Counted from the stretch's first letter, positions 30,367-41,683 are shown. The stretch is DNA of 64,000 nt from an uncultured delta proteobacterium (GCA_963715335.1 CAVQRZ010000001.1:322164-386163); one strand, 5' to 3'. Numbers and translations are program-made. Notes: generated by a model not told the origin, from the sequence alone.

Positions 30367-31827
30367 TTAATGGACCTCAAAAAAGGGTCCGGTGCCCAGT
30401 CGATGGATCTTGAGCAGGTTGGTTGTTCCCGGATCTGAAACCGGGCTGCCCATAGTAATGATCACCACGTCGCCCTTCTGCAGGACCCCAGCGTCGAGCA
30501 CAGCCTCCTCCACCGAGCGGATCTGTGCTTCAGTGTCCCCCTCGATATCGACCCGGAGCGAACGGACGCCGGCGTAGAGTGCCATGCGTCGGCGCACGAA
30601 ATGGGAAGGGGTAACGGCGAACACCGGGACCGGTGGCTTGTACTTGGCGACCAGGGCGGCCGTGCTGCCGGTTTGGGTAAAGGCGAGAATTGCCGCGGCG
30701 CCTACGCTTTCGGCAACCCGACAGGCCGCCTGACCGATCGCTTCAGGTAGGCGGCGATAGCCGCTCTGTTCCGACAGGGGGTGAAATAGCCGCTCCTGGA
30801 GTTGCGGATCCCTTGCAACATCCTCGGCAACCCGCACCATCATCGCCACCGCCTCAACGGGGTATTTGCCGGACGCGGTCTCCGCCGACAACATGACCGC
30901 GTCCGTACCATCGAGAATGGCGTTGGCCACGTCGGAGGTTTCTGCGCGAGTTGGCCGCGGACTGTGCACCATACTCTCGAGCATCTGGGTCGCCGTGATG
31001 ACCGGTTTGCCGGCCAAATTGCACTGGCGGATAATTCGCTTCTGAATCAGGGGAACTTGTTCCGGGGGGATTTCCACGCCGAGGTCGCCGCGCGCCACCA
31101 TGATGCCATCCGACACTTCCAGGATTTCGTCAAACCTTTCAACCGCTTCAGGTTTTTCGATTTTGGCAATCACCCTCATCGCGGACTGGCGCTTGTAGAG
31201 CAGCTCCTTGAGCTGCACCACGTCCGCTGCCGAACGCACGAAAGAGAGAGCGAGGTAATCGAATTCATGGTCGATGCTGAACTCAAGGTCGACCAGGTCC
31301 TTTTCGGTGAGGGCGGGTGCGGAGACGTTAACGCCCGGCAGGTTCATCCCCTTGCGGTTTGTCAGAATGCCGCCGACCAACACCCGGCAATGCACCTGGC
31401 CGTCCTGGACCTTTTCAACCTGAAGCTCAAGCAGGCCGTCATCAAGCAAAACCCGGTCTCCGACTTTGACATCCTGCGGCAACGCCTGGTAGGTCGTCGG
31501 AATCAGGCCATTTTCACCAAGCACGTCGTCCGTGGTAATTACGACCACCTGACCAGCGGTCAGGTCCATCGACCCTCCCCGCATCATGCCGGCCCTGATT
31601 TTCGGTCCCTGCAGGTCGCCGAGGATGGCAACCGCGCGGCGGCGATCACGAGACAGGTCGCGGATCAGTGCGACGGTTTCTGCAAGAGCTGCGTGCTGAC
31701 CGTGCGAGAAATTGAGACGAAACACATCCGCACCAGCCTGCATCAGTGCAAGCAGCATCTCCCGTGAGGAGCTCGAGGGTCCGACCGTGGCGACTATTTT
31801 ATTGCGTCGAAAATCGGTGACGGGCAA
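30367..31827 (-). CDS. pyk: Pyruvate kinase
   Basis: KIVATVGP, RLNFSHG, AKIEK, MVARGDLGVE, ATQMLESM. Confidence 0.97.
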   Translation of the reverse strand: MPVTDFRRNKIVATVGPSSSSREMLLALMQAGADVFRLNFSHGQHAALAETVALIRDLSRDRRRAVAILGDLQGPKIRAGMMRGGSMDLTAGQVVVITTDDVLGENGLIPTTYQALPQDVKVGDRVLLDDGLLELQVEKVQDGQVHCRVLVGGILTNRKGMNLPGVNVSAPALTEKDLVDLEFSIDHEFDYLALSFVRSAADVVQLKELLYKRQSAMRVIAKIEKPEAVERFDEILEVSDGIMVARGDLGVEIPPEQVPLIQKRIIRQCNLAGKPVITATQMLESMVHSPRPTRAETSDVANAILDGTDAVMLSAETASGKYPVEAVAMMVRVAEDVARDPQLQERLFHPLSEQSGYRRLPEAIGQAACRVAESVGAAAILAFTQTGSTAALVAKYKPPVPVFAVTPSHFVRRRMALYAGVRSLRVDIEGDTEAQIRSVEEAVLDAGVLQKGDVVIITMGSPVSDPGTTNLLKIHRLGTGPFFEVH

Positions 31828-32041
31828 TTTGGCTCCTTAGCAAACCTTTAAAGGCAAAGATCCAGGGTCTCGCATTCAAAAAAAATTCGAGAACACTCCT
31901 GACGCTCGGCTGTAGACTATAGCATAGCGCGGACACCGATTGAACCGGCAAAAGAGTTGCCGAAAAGCCCGCGGTTATGGTAAATGTTCCCCTTCAACAG
32001 GAACCTGTCCGGGTGTTCAGGTTCCGCTCTACCGAGGTTGT

Positions 32042-34477
32042 ATGCCGAAGCAGAAAAACAAATCAAGCAAATCCTTACTCGCCATTCTGGTCCGGGTGAC
32101 CCTCGGCCTTGGCCTGCTTGGCCTGCTGCTGGCGGTTCTGTTGCCACTCGGTGCCTACTTCTACGTGGCCAAATCTCTGCCCCGGGTCGACACGCTTGCC
32201 GATTACCGGCCACCGATCATCACCCGCGTGCTCAGCGATAACGGCACGGTGATCGCCGAGCTTTACGAGGAACGCCGCATTGTCGTGCCGGTCTCACGCA
32301 TGCCTAAACAGTTGATCCAGGCCTTTGTCGCCGCCGAGGACTCCAACTTTTTCAAGCACCAGGGGATCGATATTGCCTCAATCGTGCGCGCCGCAGCCAA
32401 GAACATCAAGGCAGGCGGAATTGTGCAGGGCGGCAGCACTATTACCCAGCAGGTCGCCAAGAGTATGCTGCTGACCCCGGAGCGCAAGTTCAAGCGCAAG
32501 TTCAAAGAGGCGATCCTCGCCTACCGCATGGAAAAGCGCTTATCCAAGGAAGAGATCCTCTACCTTTACCTCAACCAGATTTTTCTTGGCCACGGCGCTT
32601 ACGGCGTTCAGGCTGCTGCTGAAAATTATTTCGCCAAGGACGTCGATGAGCTGTCTTTAGCTGAAAGCAGTATGCTGGCCGGGTTGCCGAAAGCACCGAG
32701 CCGCTATTCCCCGTACAGTCACTATGACCTGGCCAAGGAGCGCCAGGTCTACGTGCTCGGACGCATGGTCAGCGAAGGCTTCATCACTCAGGAAGAGGCC
32801 GAACAGGCGCAGCTGCAGGAGCTGGTCATCCGGCCTCGAATCAACCAGCACATTACCAACGCCGCCTATTTTACCGAGCAGGTCCGCCGTTATCTCGAGG
32901 ACACCTATGGCGAGGAACCGCTCTACCGGGGTGGCCTCGTCGTGCACACCAGCATGAACCTCGAAATGCAGCTGGCCGCTCAGGCCGCTGTGCAGGCGAA
33001 CCTGCGTGACCACGACAAGCGCCATGGGTACCGTGGCCCGCTGGCGGTGCTGACCGCTGAGGAAGAGGCCGGATTCCTGCAGCAACAGGCCGAGAGCTTC
33101 GCCGAGAACCCGCCGCAGGTCGATGATCTCATCGAAGCGATTATCAGCGGCGCTGACAAACAGGGCCTGCAGCTGCGCTTCGCCGACCGGGAAGGACGCA
33201 TCGCGCTCGAGTCGGCCAAGTGGGCGGGGCCGCCACGAGTAGTCAAGCGAACCAGCGCACCGGCAGGCAACGCGACCGGAGCCAGCACCCAGCTGCCGCT
33301 CGGGGCAAAGATCCTGGCCCGGGTCGCAGCGGTCTCCGAGAAAGGTCCATGGCAACTGACTCTCGAACAGGCAGCGGAGGCCCAGGGGGCCATTTTAGCC
33401 ATGAATCCCCACAATGGCCAGATCAAGGTCATGGTCGGCGGTTACGATTTCCGCACCAGCCAGTTCAATCGTGTTCTCCAGGCCCGCCGCCTGCCGGGTT
33501 CGGCGATGAAGCCCCTGATTTACGCCGCGGCCCTCGACAAGGGTTACACGCCAGCGACAGTGATTCTCGATACGCCCCTGATTTATAAGGAGCGCCTTGA
33601 ATCAGGTGACACCAAGGAGTGGAAGCCAAGGAATTACTCCGAGCGTTTCTACGGCCCGGTGCCGTTGCGCACCGCCCTGGCCAAGTCGCACAACGTTATC
33701 ACCATCAAGATCCTCGAGGATATCGGCGTCCGTTATGCTGCCAACTACGCGCGCAAACTCGGGATCGAGTCTCCTCTTGATGAAGACCTGACTCTCGGCC
33801 TTGGCTCCTCGGCCCTGACACCGATGGAACTGGCACGCAGCTACGCGGTACTGGCGAACGGCGGCGTGCGGGTGTTGCCAACCTATATCAACAAGATTTA
33901 CGACCGCGACGGCCGGGTCGTCGAGTCCAACGACCCGGCGGACTTCCCTGGCGGCCCCCAGGAAGGGCAGAAGCTGATTGGCCAGTCACGCAACCGGGTC
34001 ATCAGCCCGGAGACCGCTTACCTTGTCACCAACCTGCTTGAAAGTGTCGTCCAGCAGGGCACCGGATGGCGTGCCAAGGAGCTGAAACGCCCAGTGGCTG
34101 CCAAGACCGGCACCACCAATGACCTGAAGGACGCCTGGTTCATCGGTTATACCCAGCAACTGCTGGCCGTTTCCTGGGTTGGATATGACTTGGAGCGCCC
34201 GCTTGGCGACAAGGAGACCGGGTCCAAAGCCGCAGCACCGGCATGGGTCGACTTCATGGTACAGGCGACGACCGGAATGCCGGTTGAGCAATTCCCGGTG
34301 CCGGATACTATCGAGTTCCGGCCAATCGACCCGCTAACCGGCCTGTTGGCCCCTGAGGACAGCCCGGAAATCGTCATCGAGGCGTTTGCTCCGAACACGG
34401 CCCCGGTGCGCTATGCCCTCGAAGAGAATACTCCACAGGCCAAGGATTTTTTCAGGTTGGATATGGATGAACGCTAG
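32042..34477 (+). CDS. mrcA: Penicillin-binding protein 1A (class A PBP)
   Basis: AAEDSNFFKH, GGSTITQQVAK, RKFKE glycosyltransferase motifs; SAMK, SHN, KTG transpeptidase motifs. Confidence 0.93.
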   Translation: MPKQKNKSSKSLLAILVRVTLGLGLLGLLLAVLLPLGAYFYVAKSLPRVDTLADYRPPIITRVLSDNGTVIAELYEERRIVVPVSRMPKQLIQAFVAAEDSNFFKHQGIDIASIVRAAAKNIKAGGIVQGGSTITQQVAKSMLLTPERKFKRKFKEAILAYRMEKRLSKEEILYLYLNQIFLGHGAYGVQAAAENYFAKDVDELSLAESSMLAGLPKAPSRYSPYSHYDLAKERQVYVLGRMVSEGFITQEEAEQAQLQELVIRPRINQHITNAAYFTEQVRRYLEDTYGEEPLYRGGLVVHTSMNLEMQLAAQAAVQANLRDHDKRHGYRGPLAVLTAEEEAGFLQQQAESFAENPPQVDDLIEAIISGADKQGLQLRFADREGRIALESAKWAGPPRVVKRTSAPAGNATGASTQLPLGAKILARVAAVSEKGPWQLTLEQAAEAQGAILAMNPHNGQIKVMVGGYDFRTSQFNRVLQARRLPGSAMKPLIYAAALDKGYTPATVILDTPLIYKERLESGDTKEWKPRNYSERFYGPVPLRTALAKSHNVITIKILEDIGVRYAANYARKLGIESPLDEDLTLGLGSSALTPMELARSYAVLANGGVRVLPTYINKIYDRDGRVVESNDPADFPGGPQEGQKLIGQSRNRVISPETAYLVTNLLESVVQQGTGWRAKELKRPVAAKTGTTNDLKDAWFIGYTQQLLAVSWVGYDLERPLGDKETGSKAAAPAWVDFMVQATTGMPVEQFPVPDTIEFRPIDPLTGLLAPEDSPEIVIEAFAPNTAPVRYALEENTPQAKDFFRLDMDER

Positions 34478-34506
34478 GGGGAAATTGATACGCTCTTTTA
34501 ATCTGC

Positions 34507-34538
34507 AAGGCCCGGCCATAGCCGGGCCTTTTATGTTT
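34507..34538 (+). terminator. Intrinsic terminator after PBP1A
   Basis: AAGGCCCGGC-CATA-GCCGGGCCTT followed by TTATGTTT. Confidence 0.75.
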
Positions 34539-34559
34539 GGCCTTTCTGCTCATAAGTAC

Positions 34560-34732
34560 CGTGGCTGGAAGGCCCCCTGTAACGGGCCGGCTTCTTGAGC
34601 TCTGCCGACTGTTGATGCCTCGGAAATCCGGCAGAGGAGATGCCCTCCGCTAGGAGAAAGCACTATTGCATACTTTTCTTGCCACACAAAAGTATGACGT
34701 CTGGCGGGACACGACCCGCCGGTCCTGCTTTT
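34560..34732. repeat. Diverged partial copy of the MITE-like element (one end)
   Basis: 34630-34732 matches about 35088-35190 (GGAGATGCCCTCCGC...GCATACTTTT...AAAAGTATG...GGCGGGAC); weaker match upstream. Confidence 0.7.
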
Positions 34733-34764
34733 CTACCGGTTGGGATGCCCACGGACAGAAACCT

Positions 34765-35199
34765 GGCAAAACCTAAAACCCGGGGGTTGCGTCCCCCGAC
34801 TGCGCCTTACTCTTTTGCTGGCCCAAAAGAGTAAGCAGAAAAGGGCCTGCGCTGCGCTGGGCATGTCTGGGGCGTCAAGGCGGCGACCTCAATCTGGATC
34901 GTTCTAAACGATCAAAAGGCTAAGCTTCCCCCGCAGGAGCCGAGGCTCTTGAGAGCCTCTCCATTCGTGGAGGTTTGTGTCGGTAGAGGTTGTTTTGCTT
35001 TCTCCCTGTAAATCACACGGCAAGGTCAGGCCCTTTGACACAGGGCCGGATCCTTATCACAGCAGGTTCTTGAAGTCACAGGAATCGGGCAAGGGAGATG
35101 CCCTCCGCAAGGAGAAAGCACTTTTGCATACTTTTGTTGCCGGACAAAAGTATGGCGTCCGGCGGGACGCGAACCGCCGGTCCTGGTTTTGGGTTTTGT
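34765..35199. mobile_element. Non-coding MITE/REPIN-like element, copy 2 (inverted relative to copy 1)
   Basis: Colinear reverse-complement match to 992-1437 over about 420 bp. Confidence 0.7.
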
Positions 35200-35234
35200 T
35201 CCGTGTTTTTTAATCAAAAAAATACCGTTTACAG

Positions 35235-35888
35235 CTACTTCTGCCGACCAACCCCAACCTGCGGGCAACGGTCCACAACCGGGCATCTTGAACACCAGGC
35301 GGTCTGCGCCCGGCAGCACTGCCGACCGTGAAAAATCAGCACATGCGCGGCCTGGGTCCAACGCCCTGCAGGAAGCAGGGCACAGAGCTGCTTTTCAAGT
35401 TTTTCGGCGTCTTTCCCTGTGGCCCAACCGAGACGCCGGGCAATCCGTCCCACGTGAGTATCCACAACCATCCCCGGCACCCCGAAGGCGTTGCCGAGGA
35501 TCACATTGGCCGTCTTGCGCCCGACGCCCGGTAAAGACACCAGCTGCGGCATCTGCTGCGGAACGTTGCCGTCATGACAATGGACCAGCTCCATTGCACA
35601 CCCGATCAGGTTTTTCGCCTTGTTGCGGAAAAATCCGGTCGAACGAACCAACTCTTCGATCTCTGCCTGGTCGGCAATCGCCATGCTGTGTGGGTCGGGA
35701 TACCGTCGGAACAGTTCGGGCGTCACCTGGTTAACCCGTACATCGGTGCACTGGGCGGACAGGATCGTCGCAACCAGCAGTTGCCATGAACTGTTGTGCA
35801 CCAAGGCACAATGGGCTTCCGGATAGGTCGATTCAAGCAGATCGAGGGTCTTCAGGGCGTGAGCAGCTGAAATGCGTGTTTTCTTCAT
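35235..35888 (-). CDS. nth: Endonuclease III
   Basis: LVATILSAQCTD, LPGVGRKTAN HhH, VDTHV, C-terminal 4Fe-4S cysteines. Confidence 0.96.
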   Translation of the reverse strand: MKKTRISAAHALKTLDLLESTYPEAHCALVHNSSWQLLVATILSAQCTDVRVNQVTPELFRRYPDPHSMAIADQAEIEELVRSTGFFRNKAKNLIGCAMELVHCHDGNVPQQMPQLVSLPGVGRKTANVILGNAFGVPGMVVDTHVGRIARRLGWATGKDAEKLEKQLCALLPAGRWTQAAHVLIFHGRQCCRAQTAWCSRCPVVDRCPQVGVGRQK

Positions 35889-35922
35889 TCAACGGGTTCG
35901 GTTTTGCCTGTTTGTTCCTGAG

Positions 35923-35952
35923 TTATCAACCTTGTCCACAGACTTTTCCACA
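35923..35952 (+). promoter_or_regulatory. Triad of DnaA-box-like 9-mers (cluster A), upstream of nth
   Basis: TTATCAACC TTGTCCACA gac TTTTCCACA; same 0/3-bp spacing as 28734-28763. Confidence 0.62.
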
Positions 35953-35977
35953 GAGGGGTCCGGCAAGCAATAGAGCG

Positions 35978-36712
35978 CTAGCCGGGGGCCGCCTCCATGC
36001 GATGGGCAGGCAAACGATGCAACTTGACGGAGCGCCTGGTGTCCGTGACCTGTACCGTCAGTGTCAACGGCAGGTGCCGGGACGCTTTCCGGGCCAGGAA
36101 GCTGCGATTGATCGTGGCATCGAGAACCCTGACCGCGCCGCGCAAATACGCGCGGTCACGGCCAAAAAGCGGCAAACATGACGGGTAGGTGCCACGCCAG
36201 AGAGGCCAGCGGGTTCGCCGCAGGACCGACGCCAGCTCCAGGTTGCCGGCGCCCCAGAGATAGTCGGCAAAATCTCCGAGGATCAGGGCAGGGCAGACCA
36301 GTGACGGGTTGCCAAGCAGGTCAGGTCCCAGCAACTGCGTCACCTGGTGACTGCGGAAACGCGGGAAACTGTCGAGACAGACGTTGAGCAGGTGCAGGCG
36401 CTTGCCACCGAGTTCGACGTCGGCCCGCAAACACTGTCCACCGTGGCCGAGTTCAAAGTTTTGCACCCCTTTAAGAGGGAAATAGGAAAGGTAGGCCAAT
36501 GGACCACCGGCGGCGTCACGATAAGCGTCCAGACCGCTGCGTTCCATCAGGTAAGGGAGAATATCGGCGTGATGTACTGCACCGAGCTCCTGCAACGCGA
36601 TGATATCGGGAGCAGCATCGGCAATCACATTCAGGATCCGGTCCGGATTGACCTGATTGTCGCTGCCTCGGCAGTGCTGTATGTTGTAGGTCATAACGCG
36701 AGCGGTGGTCAT
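35978..36712 (-). CDS. Endonuclease/exonuclease/phosphatase (EEP) family protein
   Basis: MTYNI, DIIALQE, LILGDF, TYP, ASRHLPL. Confidence 0.85.
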   Translation of the reverse strand: MTTARVMTYNIQHCRGSDNQVNPDRILNVIADAAPDIIALQELGAVHHADILPYLMERSGLDAYRDAAGGPLAYLSYFPLKGVQNFELGHGGQCLRADVELGGKRLHLLNVCLDSFPRFRSHQVTQLLGPDLLGNPSLVCPALILGDFADYLWGAGNLELASVLRRTRWPLWRGTYPSCLPLFGRDRAYLRGAVRVLDATINRSFLARKASRHLPLTLTVQVTDTRRSVKLHRLPAHRMEAAPG

Positions 36713-36751
36713 TCCTGCCTCGCTGCCTGGTCGTCGTCTGGCGGCGACCGG

Positions 36752-37318
36752 CTACTCCTGGTTGACGCGATTGATGCTGCGGATCACAACTGGCTCCACC
36801 GGCACATCACTGAACCGGCGGAAGGTGTGCGTTGAAGTGCTGCCAATCTTGTCAACCACTTCCATGCCCTTGACGACCTTGCCGAACACCGCATAGCCAT
36901 AACCCTGTGGTGACGTGTTTTTATGGTCGAGGAAGCCGTTGTCCTTGAGGTTGATGAAGAACTGGCTGGTGGCGCTATCGACGACCCCGGTGCGGGCCAT
37001 AGCGATGGTGCCGCGCTGGTTGCGCAAACCGTTGGTGGCCTCGTTTTTAATTGGCGGGCGGTTCTTTTTCTGTGCCATTTCGGCGGTCAAATTGCCCCCC
37101 TGGATCATGAAATCCTTGATGACCCGGTGAAAAATCGTACCCGTGTAATGCTGGGCATCAACATAGGTCAGGAAGTTCGCCACGGACTGCGGTGCCTTCT
37201 CATCGTCCAGTTCGACGGTGATGTCCCCAAAATTGGTTTCGATGACGACATATTTATAAGCAAAGGCCGTGGAGACCAGACAAAAACTCAACAGGAGCAA
37301 GAGGGTTATCTTTTTCAT
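36752..37318 (-). CDS. ppiA: Periplasmic cyclophilin-type peptidyl-prolyl isomerase
   Basis: Signal peptide MKKITLL...[32 protein letters not shown]. Confidence 0.9.
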   Translation of the reverse strand: MKKITLLLLLSFCLVSTAFAYKYVVIETNFGDITVELDDEKAPQSVANFLTYVDAQHYTGTIFHRVIKDFMIQGGNLTAEMAQKKNRPPIKNEATNGLRNQRGTIAMARTGVVDSATSQFFINLKDNGFLDHKNTSPQGYGYAVFGKVVKGMEVVDKIGSTSTHTFRRFSDVPVEPVVIRSINRVNQE

Positions 37319-37332
37319 CAACAGCAATCCTT

Positions 37333-38337
37333 TCATTCGTCTTCCGAGGTCAGCGCCCGCCGCATCAGATCGATAACGGCGAGCTTGGGATCTTTGTCTT
37401 CATAGAGGATCTGGTACATCTGTTCGGTGATCGGCATTTTCACGCCGAGCTTATTGGCCAACTGGTAAGCCGACAGGGTGGTCTTGACCCCCTCCGCCAC
37501 CATCCGCATCGGGTTAAGGATTTCGTCCCGCTTACGACCTCGCCCCAACTCCATGCCAACCGAACGGTTACGTGACAGGTCGCCGGTACAGGTCAAAACC
37601 AGGTCGCCCATCCCCGCAAGTCCGGCAAAGGTTGATTCAACGGCACCCTTGGCCATGCCAAGTCGGGCAATTTCCACCAGCCCCCGGGTAATCAGCGCCG
37701 CCCGGGCGTTGTGGTTGAAGCCGAGCCCGTCGCCAACACCGGCGGCCAGGGCGATGACATTTTTCAAGGCGCCGCCGATTTCCACACCGACAACGTCCTG
37801 GTTGGTATAGACCCGGAAGTAGTCAGTACTAAAAACTTCCTGGACCCGCCGCGCGACATTCAGGTCTTCTGCGGCCACCGCCACCGCCGTCGGCTGCTCT
37901 GCTGCCACCTCTTTGGCGAAGGACGGCCCCGACAGGAAGGCACAACGGGTTTTGACCTCGGCTCCCAGCACTTCTTCGAGCACTTCCGACATGAGCTGCA
38001 AGGAATTGTTTTCTATCCCCTTGGCGGCGGAAACCAGCAGGCAGCTTGCATCCAGATGCGGCTGCAACTGCTTCAGGACCTGCCGCATCACCTGGGACGG
38101 AGACACCAGCAGCAGTAGCTGGCGACCGGTTACGGCCTCGGACAGTTCGCTGGTAAAGGTCAGGTTCGGCGACAGAGAGAACCCTTCAAGGTAAAGATCG
38201 TTGACCCGGGTCTTCGCCATGCGCTCGGCGAGATCCGCTTCATATACCCAGAGAACAACAGGATAGCCTTTTTTCGCCAGCAGGTTGGCCAGAGTTGTTC
38301 CCCAGCTTCCGGCTCCAATGACACCGATACTCAACAT
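37333..38337 (-). CDS. gpsA: NAD(P)H-dependent glycerol-3-phosphate dehydrogenase
   Basis: [40 protein letters not shown]. Confidence 0.97.
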   Translation of the reverse strand: MLSIGVIGAGSWGTTLANLLAKKGYPVVLWVYEADLAERMAKTRVNDLYLEGFSLSPNLTFTSELSEAVTGRQLLLLVSPSQVMRQVLKQLQPHLDASCLLVSAAKGIENNSLQLMSEVLEEVLGAEVKTRCAFLSGPSFAKEVAAEQPTAVAVAAEDLNVARRVQEVFSTDYFRVYTNQDVVGVEIGGALKNVIALAAGVGDGLGFNHNARAALITRGLVEIARLGMAKGAVESTFAGLAGMGDLVLTCTGDLSRNRSVGMELGRGRKRDEILNPMRMVAEGVKTTLSAYQLANKLGVKMPITEQMYQILYEDKDPKLAVIDLMRRALTSEDE

Positions 38338-38345
38338 GACCGTTC

Positions 38346-39230
38346 TTAGACCGCCTTCTTTTTCTTTGCTATGCGCTCGCGCACCTGATCGGTTTTCTTC
38401 TTCAGTATATCCTGTTTTGGATAAATTCCATCCAGTTCTTCAAGAATCTTCAGCGCTTCGAGCAACTCTTCCTGCTCCTCGAGCACCGTTGCCAAGCCGA
38501 AGCTGGCTTCGATTGCGTATGGGCTTTCGGGCCAGTCCTGCATAACCAGCCGGTAAGCCGCAGCGGCTTCAGGCCGCTTGCCTTCCAGGGCATAAGTCAT
38601 GGCGATCCGGTACCGGACTTCGGCGGTCAGGTCGCTGAAACCGTAGTTGCTCAAAAGATTTTCGAACTCTATGCGTGCCTGCTCATAGTTATTCAAGCGG
38701 AAATAGCAGTCGGCAACCTCGTACTGTAGCCGGTCATTGTCTGGGCCGGGCAGATCGAGGATCTTCTGATAAGCGGCAATGGCTTGACCACAGTCCTCGA
38801 GACGATACTTGAAAAGACTCGCAACCTGCCGTCTGGCTGGAGCCACCTCTGGGGCGTCCGGGTAATCCCGTTCCAGCAGCAGGTAGGTCAGAAGCGCATC
38901 GGAGTGGCGGAACAGGTAGAGGTCCAGGATTTCAGCCTTCTGAAAGAGGGCCTGCGGGACACGAACGAAAGAAGGAGAATCGTCGTGCAGGCCGCTGAAC
39001 AGATCAACGGCCTCGACGTACTGGCCCGACTGACGCAGGGCCATGCCTTTCTGGAAGGTCTCTTCGAGTCTCGTCTGCGCCGTTGCGTGATACCAGTAAG
39101 CTCCTCCGGCAGCCAGGGCTATCAGCGCCAGACCAAGAAAACTCCAGAGGCGCCTGTCAGATACCTTCCCCTGGCGCCGGAGCTCCTCCATCAGGAGCCG
39201 TTTCTTCAATTTCTGGATTTCCTTCGTCAT
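38346..39230 (-). CDS. Membrane-anchored TPR protein; start uncertain, overlaps the gyrA 3' end
   Basis: Single TM helix followed by TPR-like helical repeats. Confidence 0.8.
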   Translation of the reverse strand: MTKEIQKLKKRLLMEELRRQGKVSDRRLWSFLGLALIALAAGGAYWYHATAQTRLEETFQKGMALRQSGQYVEAVDLFSGLHDDSPSFVRVPQALFQKAEILDLYLFRHSDALLTYLLLERDYPDAPEVAPARRQVASLFKYRLEDCGQAIAAYQKILDLPGPDNDRLQYEVADCYFRLNNYEQARIEFENLLSNYGFSDLTAEVRYRIAMTYALEGKRPEAAAAYRLVMQDWPESPYAIEASFGLATVLEEQEELLEALKILEELDGIYPKQDILKKKTDQVRERIAKKKKAV

Positions 39231-41661
39231 CTTCTTTCTCTGCCAGTTTGGCTACAGCGACAATCCGCTCATCTGCTTCGAGGACCATCAGGCGCACACC
39301 CATGGTGTTGCGACCAATAATCGACAACGCCTTAACCTGGGTGCGCAGCACCTTGCCGCGATCGGTTATGAACATCAGGTCGGATTCGTTATCAACCAGT
39401 TTAACGTCGACGACCTGACCATTCCGACCGCCGGTCTTGATCGTGATGATCCCTTTGCCGCCACGGCTCTGGACCCGGTACTCATTGAGACTGGTACGCT
39501 TCCCGTAGCCGGTTTCGGTCACGGAAACCAGGGTCGACGCCGTTGCATTGGAAACCACTTCCATGCCGATAATCCGGTCACCGCCTTCGAGCATCATCCC
39601 CCTTACCCCGCGGGCGGTGCGACCCATCGGTCTGGCATCGGATTCGTTGAAACGAATCGACTTGCCGTTGCGGCTGGCCATCAGGATATCCATGGAACCG
39701 TCGGTCAGACGGGCGGCCATCAGGATATCGCCTTCATCGATCGTCAAGGCGATTATACCGCCCTGACGCGGGTTGGAATAGGCCATCAGGTCGGTCTTTT
39801 TCACCGTACCGTTGCGGGTAGCGGTGATGATGAACCGGCCCTCTTCGAACGCTTTAACCGGCAGGATGGTCATAACTTTTTCATCGTCCTGCAGGTTGAG
39901 CAGGTTGACGATCGCCTTGCCGCGCGAAGCGCGGCCGCCCTGCGGGATTTCATGAACCTTGAGCCAATAGACCTTGCCTTTACTGGTAAAGATCAGGACA
40001 TGGCTATGGGTAGAGGCGATAAAGAGGTTTTCGACGAAATCCTCTTCTTTGGGCCGCATTCCGGTTGCGCCCTTGCCGCCGCGCCGCTGCGCCCGGTAGA
40101 GAGAGACTGCGTTGCGTTTGATATACCCGGAATGAGATACAGTGACCACCATATCCTCTTCGACGATCAGGTCCTCGATGGAGAGGTCGGCAGCCATGGC
40201 GATAATCTCGGTCCGTCGGGGGTTGCCGAACCGCTCGCGGATTTCCAGCAATTCCGCCTTGATGATATCGAGAATCTCGACCTCACTGCCGAGAATCTCC
40301 TTGAGTCGCCTGATCAGGGCCATGATCTGGTTGTATTCGTCGATAATCTTGTCTCGTTCGAGACCGGTCAGGCGGTGCAGGCGCATATCGAGAATTGCCT
40401 GGGCTTGAATTTCGCTCAACCCAAACCTGGCGACCAGGCGGGCTTTGGCTTCCGCTGGATTGGCGCTGCTCTTGATAACCTGAATCACTTCATCGAGATT
40501 CTCGAGAGCTATTTTCAGACCTTCGAGGACATGCGCGCGCGCCTCAGCCTTTTTCAATTCAAAAAGGGTCCGTCGGGTCACGATTTCTTTGCGGTGCTCA
40601 ATAAAGTACCCGAGTACTTCGCGCAGCGCCAAAACCTTTGGCTGGCCACCAACAATCGCCAACATGATGATACCGAAGGACGACTGCATCGGTGTCATCT
40701 TGTACAGCTGGTTGATGATGACCTGGGGAATCGCGTCTTTTTTCAGCTCGATGACGATGCGCATGCCGTCGCGGTCCGATTCGTCACGCAGGTCGGAAAT
40801 CCCCTCGATCTTTTTGTCCTTGACCAGATCGGCGATCTTTTCGATCAGGCGGGCCTTGTTGACCTGAAAGGGAATCTCGTTGACCACGACGCTTTCGCGG
40901 CCGGTGCGGCGGTTTTGCTCCACCATCGCCTTGGCTCGCATCTGGATGATGCCGCGCCCGGTGCGGTAGGCCTCGCGAATTCCTTCGTGGCCGAGAATAA
41001 ATCCGGCAGTCGGAAAGTCCGGTCCGGGAATCTGTTGCAGTAACACTGCATCATCGATTTTCGGATCGTCGATCATCGCAATCAGGCCGTTGATGACTTC
41101 GCCAAGGTTATGAGGCGGAATCTTGGTCGCCATACCGACCGCGATCCCTTCGGAACCATTGACCAGCAGGTTCGGGAACTTGCAAGGCAGAACCAGGGGC
41201 TCTTCAAGGGAATCGTCGTAGTTCGGGCCAAACTCGACCGTTTCCTTGTCGAGGTCGTTGAGCAGCTCATGTGCCAGGCGGTCCATGCGGACTTCCGTGT
41301 AACGCATCGCTGCGGCCGAGTCACCATCAATCGAACCAAAGTTGCCCTGTCCATCAACCAGAGGATAACGCATGGAGAAGCTCTGGGCCATGCGGACGAT
41401 CGTGTCGTAGACCGCCGAATCGCCGTGGGGATGGTACTTGCCGATGACGTCGCCAACCACGCGGGCTGACTTCTTGTACGGCTTATTGTAATCGTTGCCG
41501 AGTTCGCTCATGGCGAACAGTACCCGGCGATGGACCGGCTTGAGGCCGTCACGGACGTCTGGCAGGGCACGGCCGACGATGACGCTCATCGCATAGTCCA
41601 TGTAGGACTTGCGCATTTCGTCTTCAATGTTAACTGTGATGCGGTTCTGTTCAGAAAGCAT
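39157..41661 (-). CDS. gyrA: DNA gyrase subunit A
   Basis: [22 protein letters not shown], GyrA box QRRGGKG. Confidence 0.98.
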   Translation of the reverse strand: MLSEQNRITVNIEDEMRKSYMDYAMSVIVGRALPDVRDGLKPVHRRVLFAMSELGNDYNKPYKKSARVVGDVIGKYHPHGDSAVYDTIVRMAQSFSMRYPLVDGQGNFGSIDGDSAAAMRYTEVRMDRLAHELLNDLDKETVEFGPNYDDSLEEPLVLPCKFPNLLVNGSEGIAVGMATKIPPHNLGEVINGLIAMIDDPKIDDAVLLQQIPGPDFPTAGFILGHEGIREAYRTGRGIIQMRAKAMVEQNRRTGRESVVVNEIPFQVNKARLIEKIADLVKDKKIEGISDLRDESDRDGMRIVIELKKDAIPQVIINQLYKMTPMQSSFGIIMLAIVGGQPKVLALREVLGYFIEHRKEIVTRRTLFELKKAEARAHVLEGLKIALENLDEVIQVIKSSANPAEAKARLVARFGLSEIQAQAILDMRLHRLTGLERDKIIDEYNQIMALIRRLKEILGSEVEILDIIKAELLEIRERFGNPRRTEIIAMAADLSIEDLIVEEDMVVTVSHSGYIKRNAVSLYRAQRRGGKGATGMRPKEEDFVENLFIASTHSHVLIFTSKGKVYWLKVHEIPQGGRASRGKAIVNLLNLQDDEKVMTILPVKAFEEGRFIITATRNGTVKKTDLMAYSNPRQGGIIALTIDEGDILMAARLTDGSMDILMASRNGKSIRFNESDARPMGRTARGVRGMMLEGGDRIIGMEVVSNATASTLVSVTETGYGKRTSLNEYRVQSRGGKGIITIKTGGRNGQVVDVKLVDNESDLMFITDRGKVLRTQVKALSIIGRNTMGVRLMVLEADERIVAVAKLAEKEDDEGNPEIEETAPDGGAPAPGEGI

Positions 41662-41683
41662 TTAGATTTTCCTCCGGAAAATC

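Noticed and set aside
39157..39230. Overlap between the gyrA end and the TPR gene as a frameshift or recoding site
   Set aside because: GyrA is complete with a normal acidic tail; a downstream start (MEELRR) shortens the overlap and no slippery site is seen.
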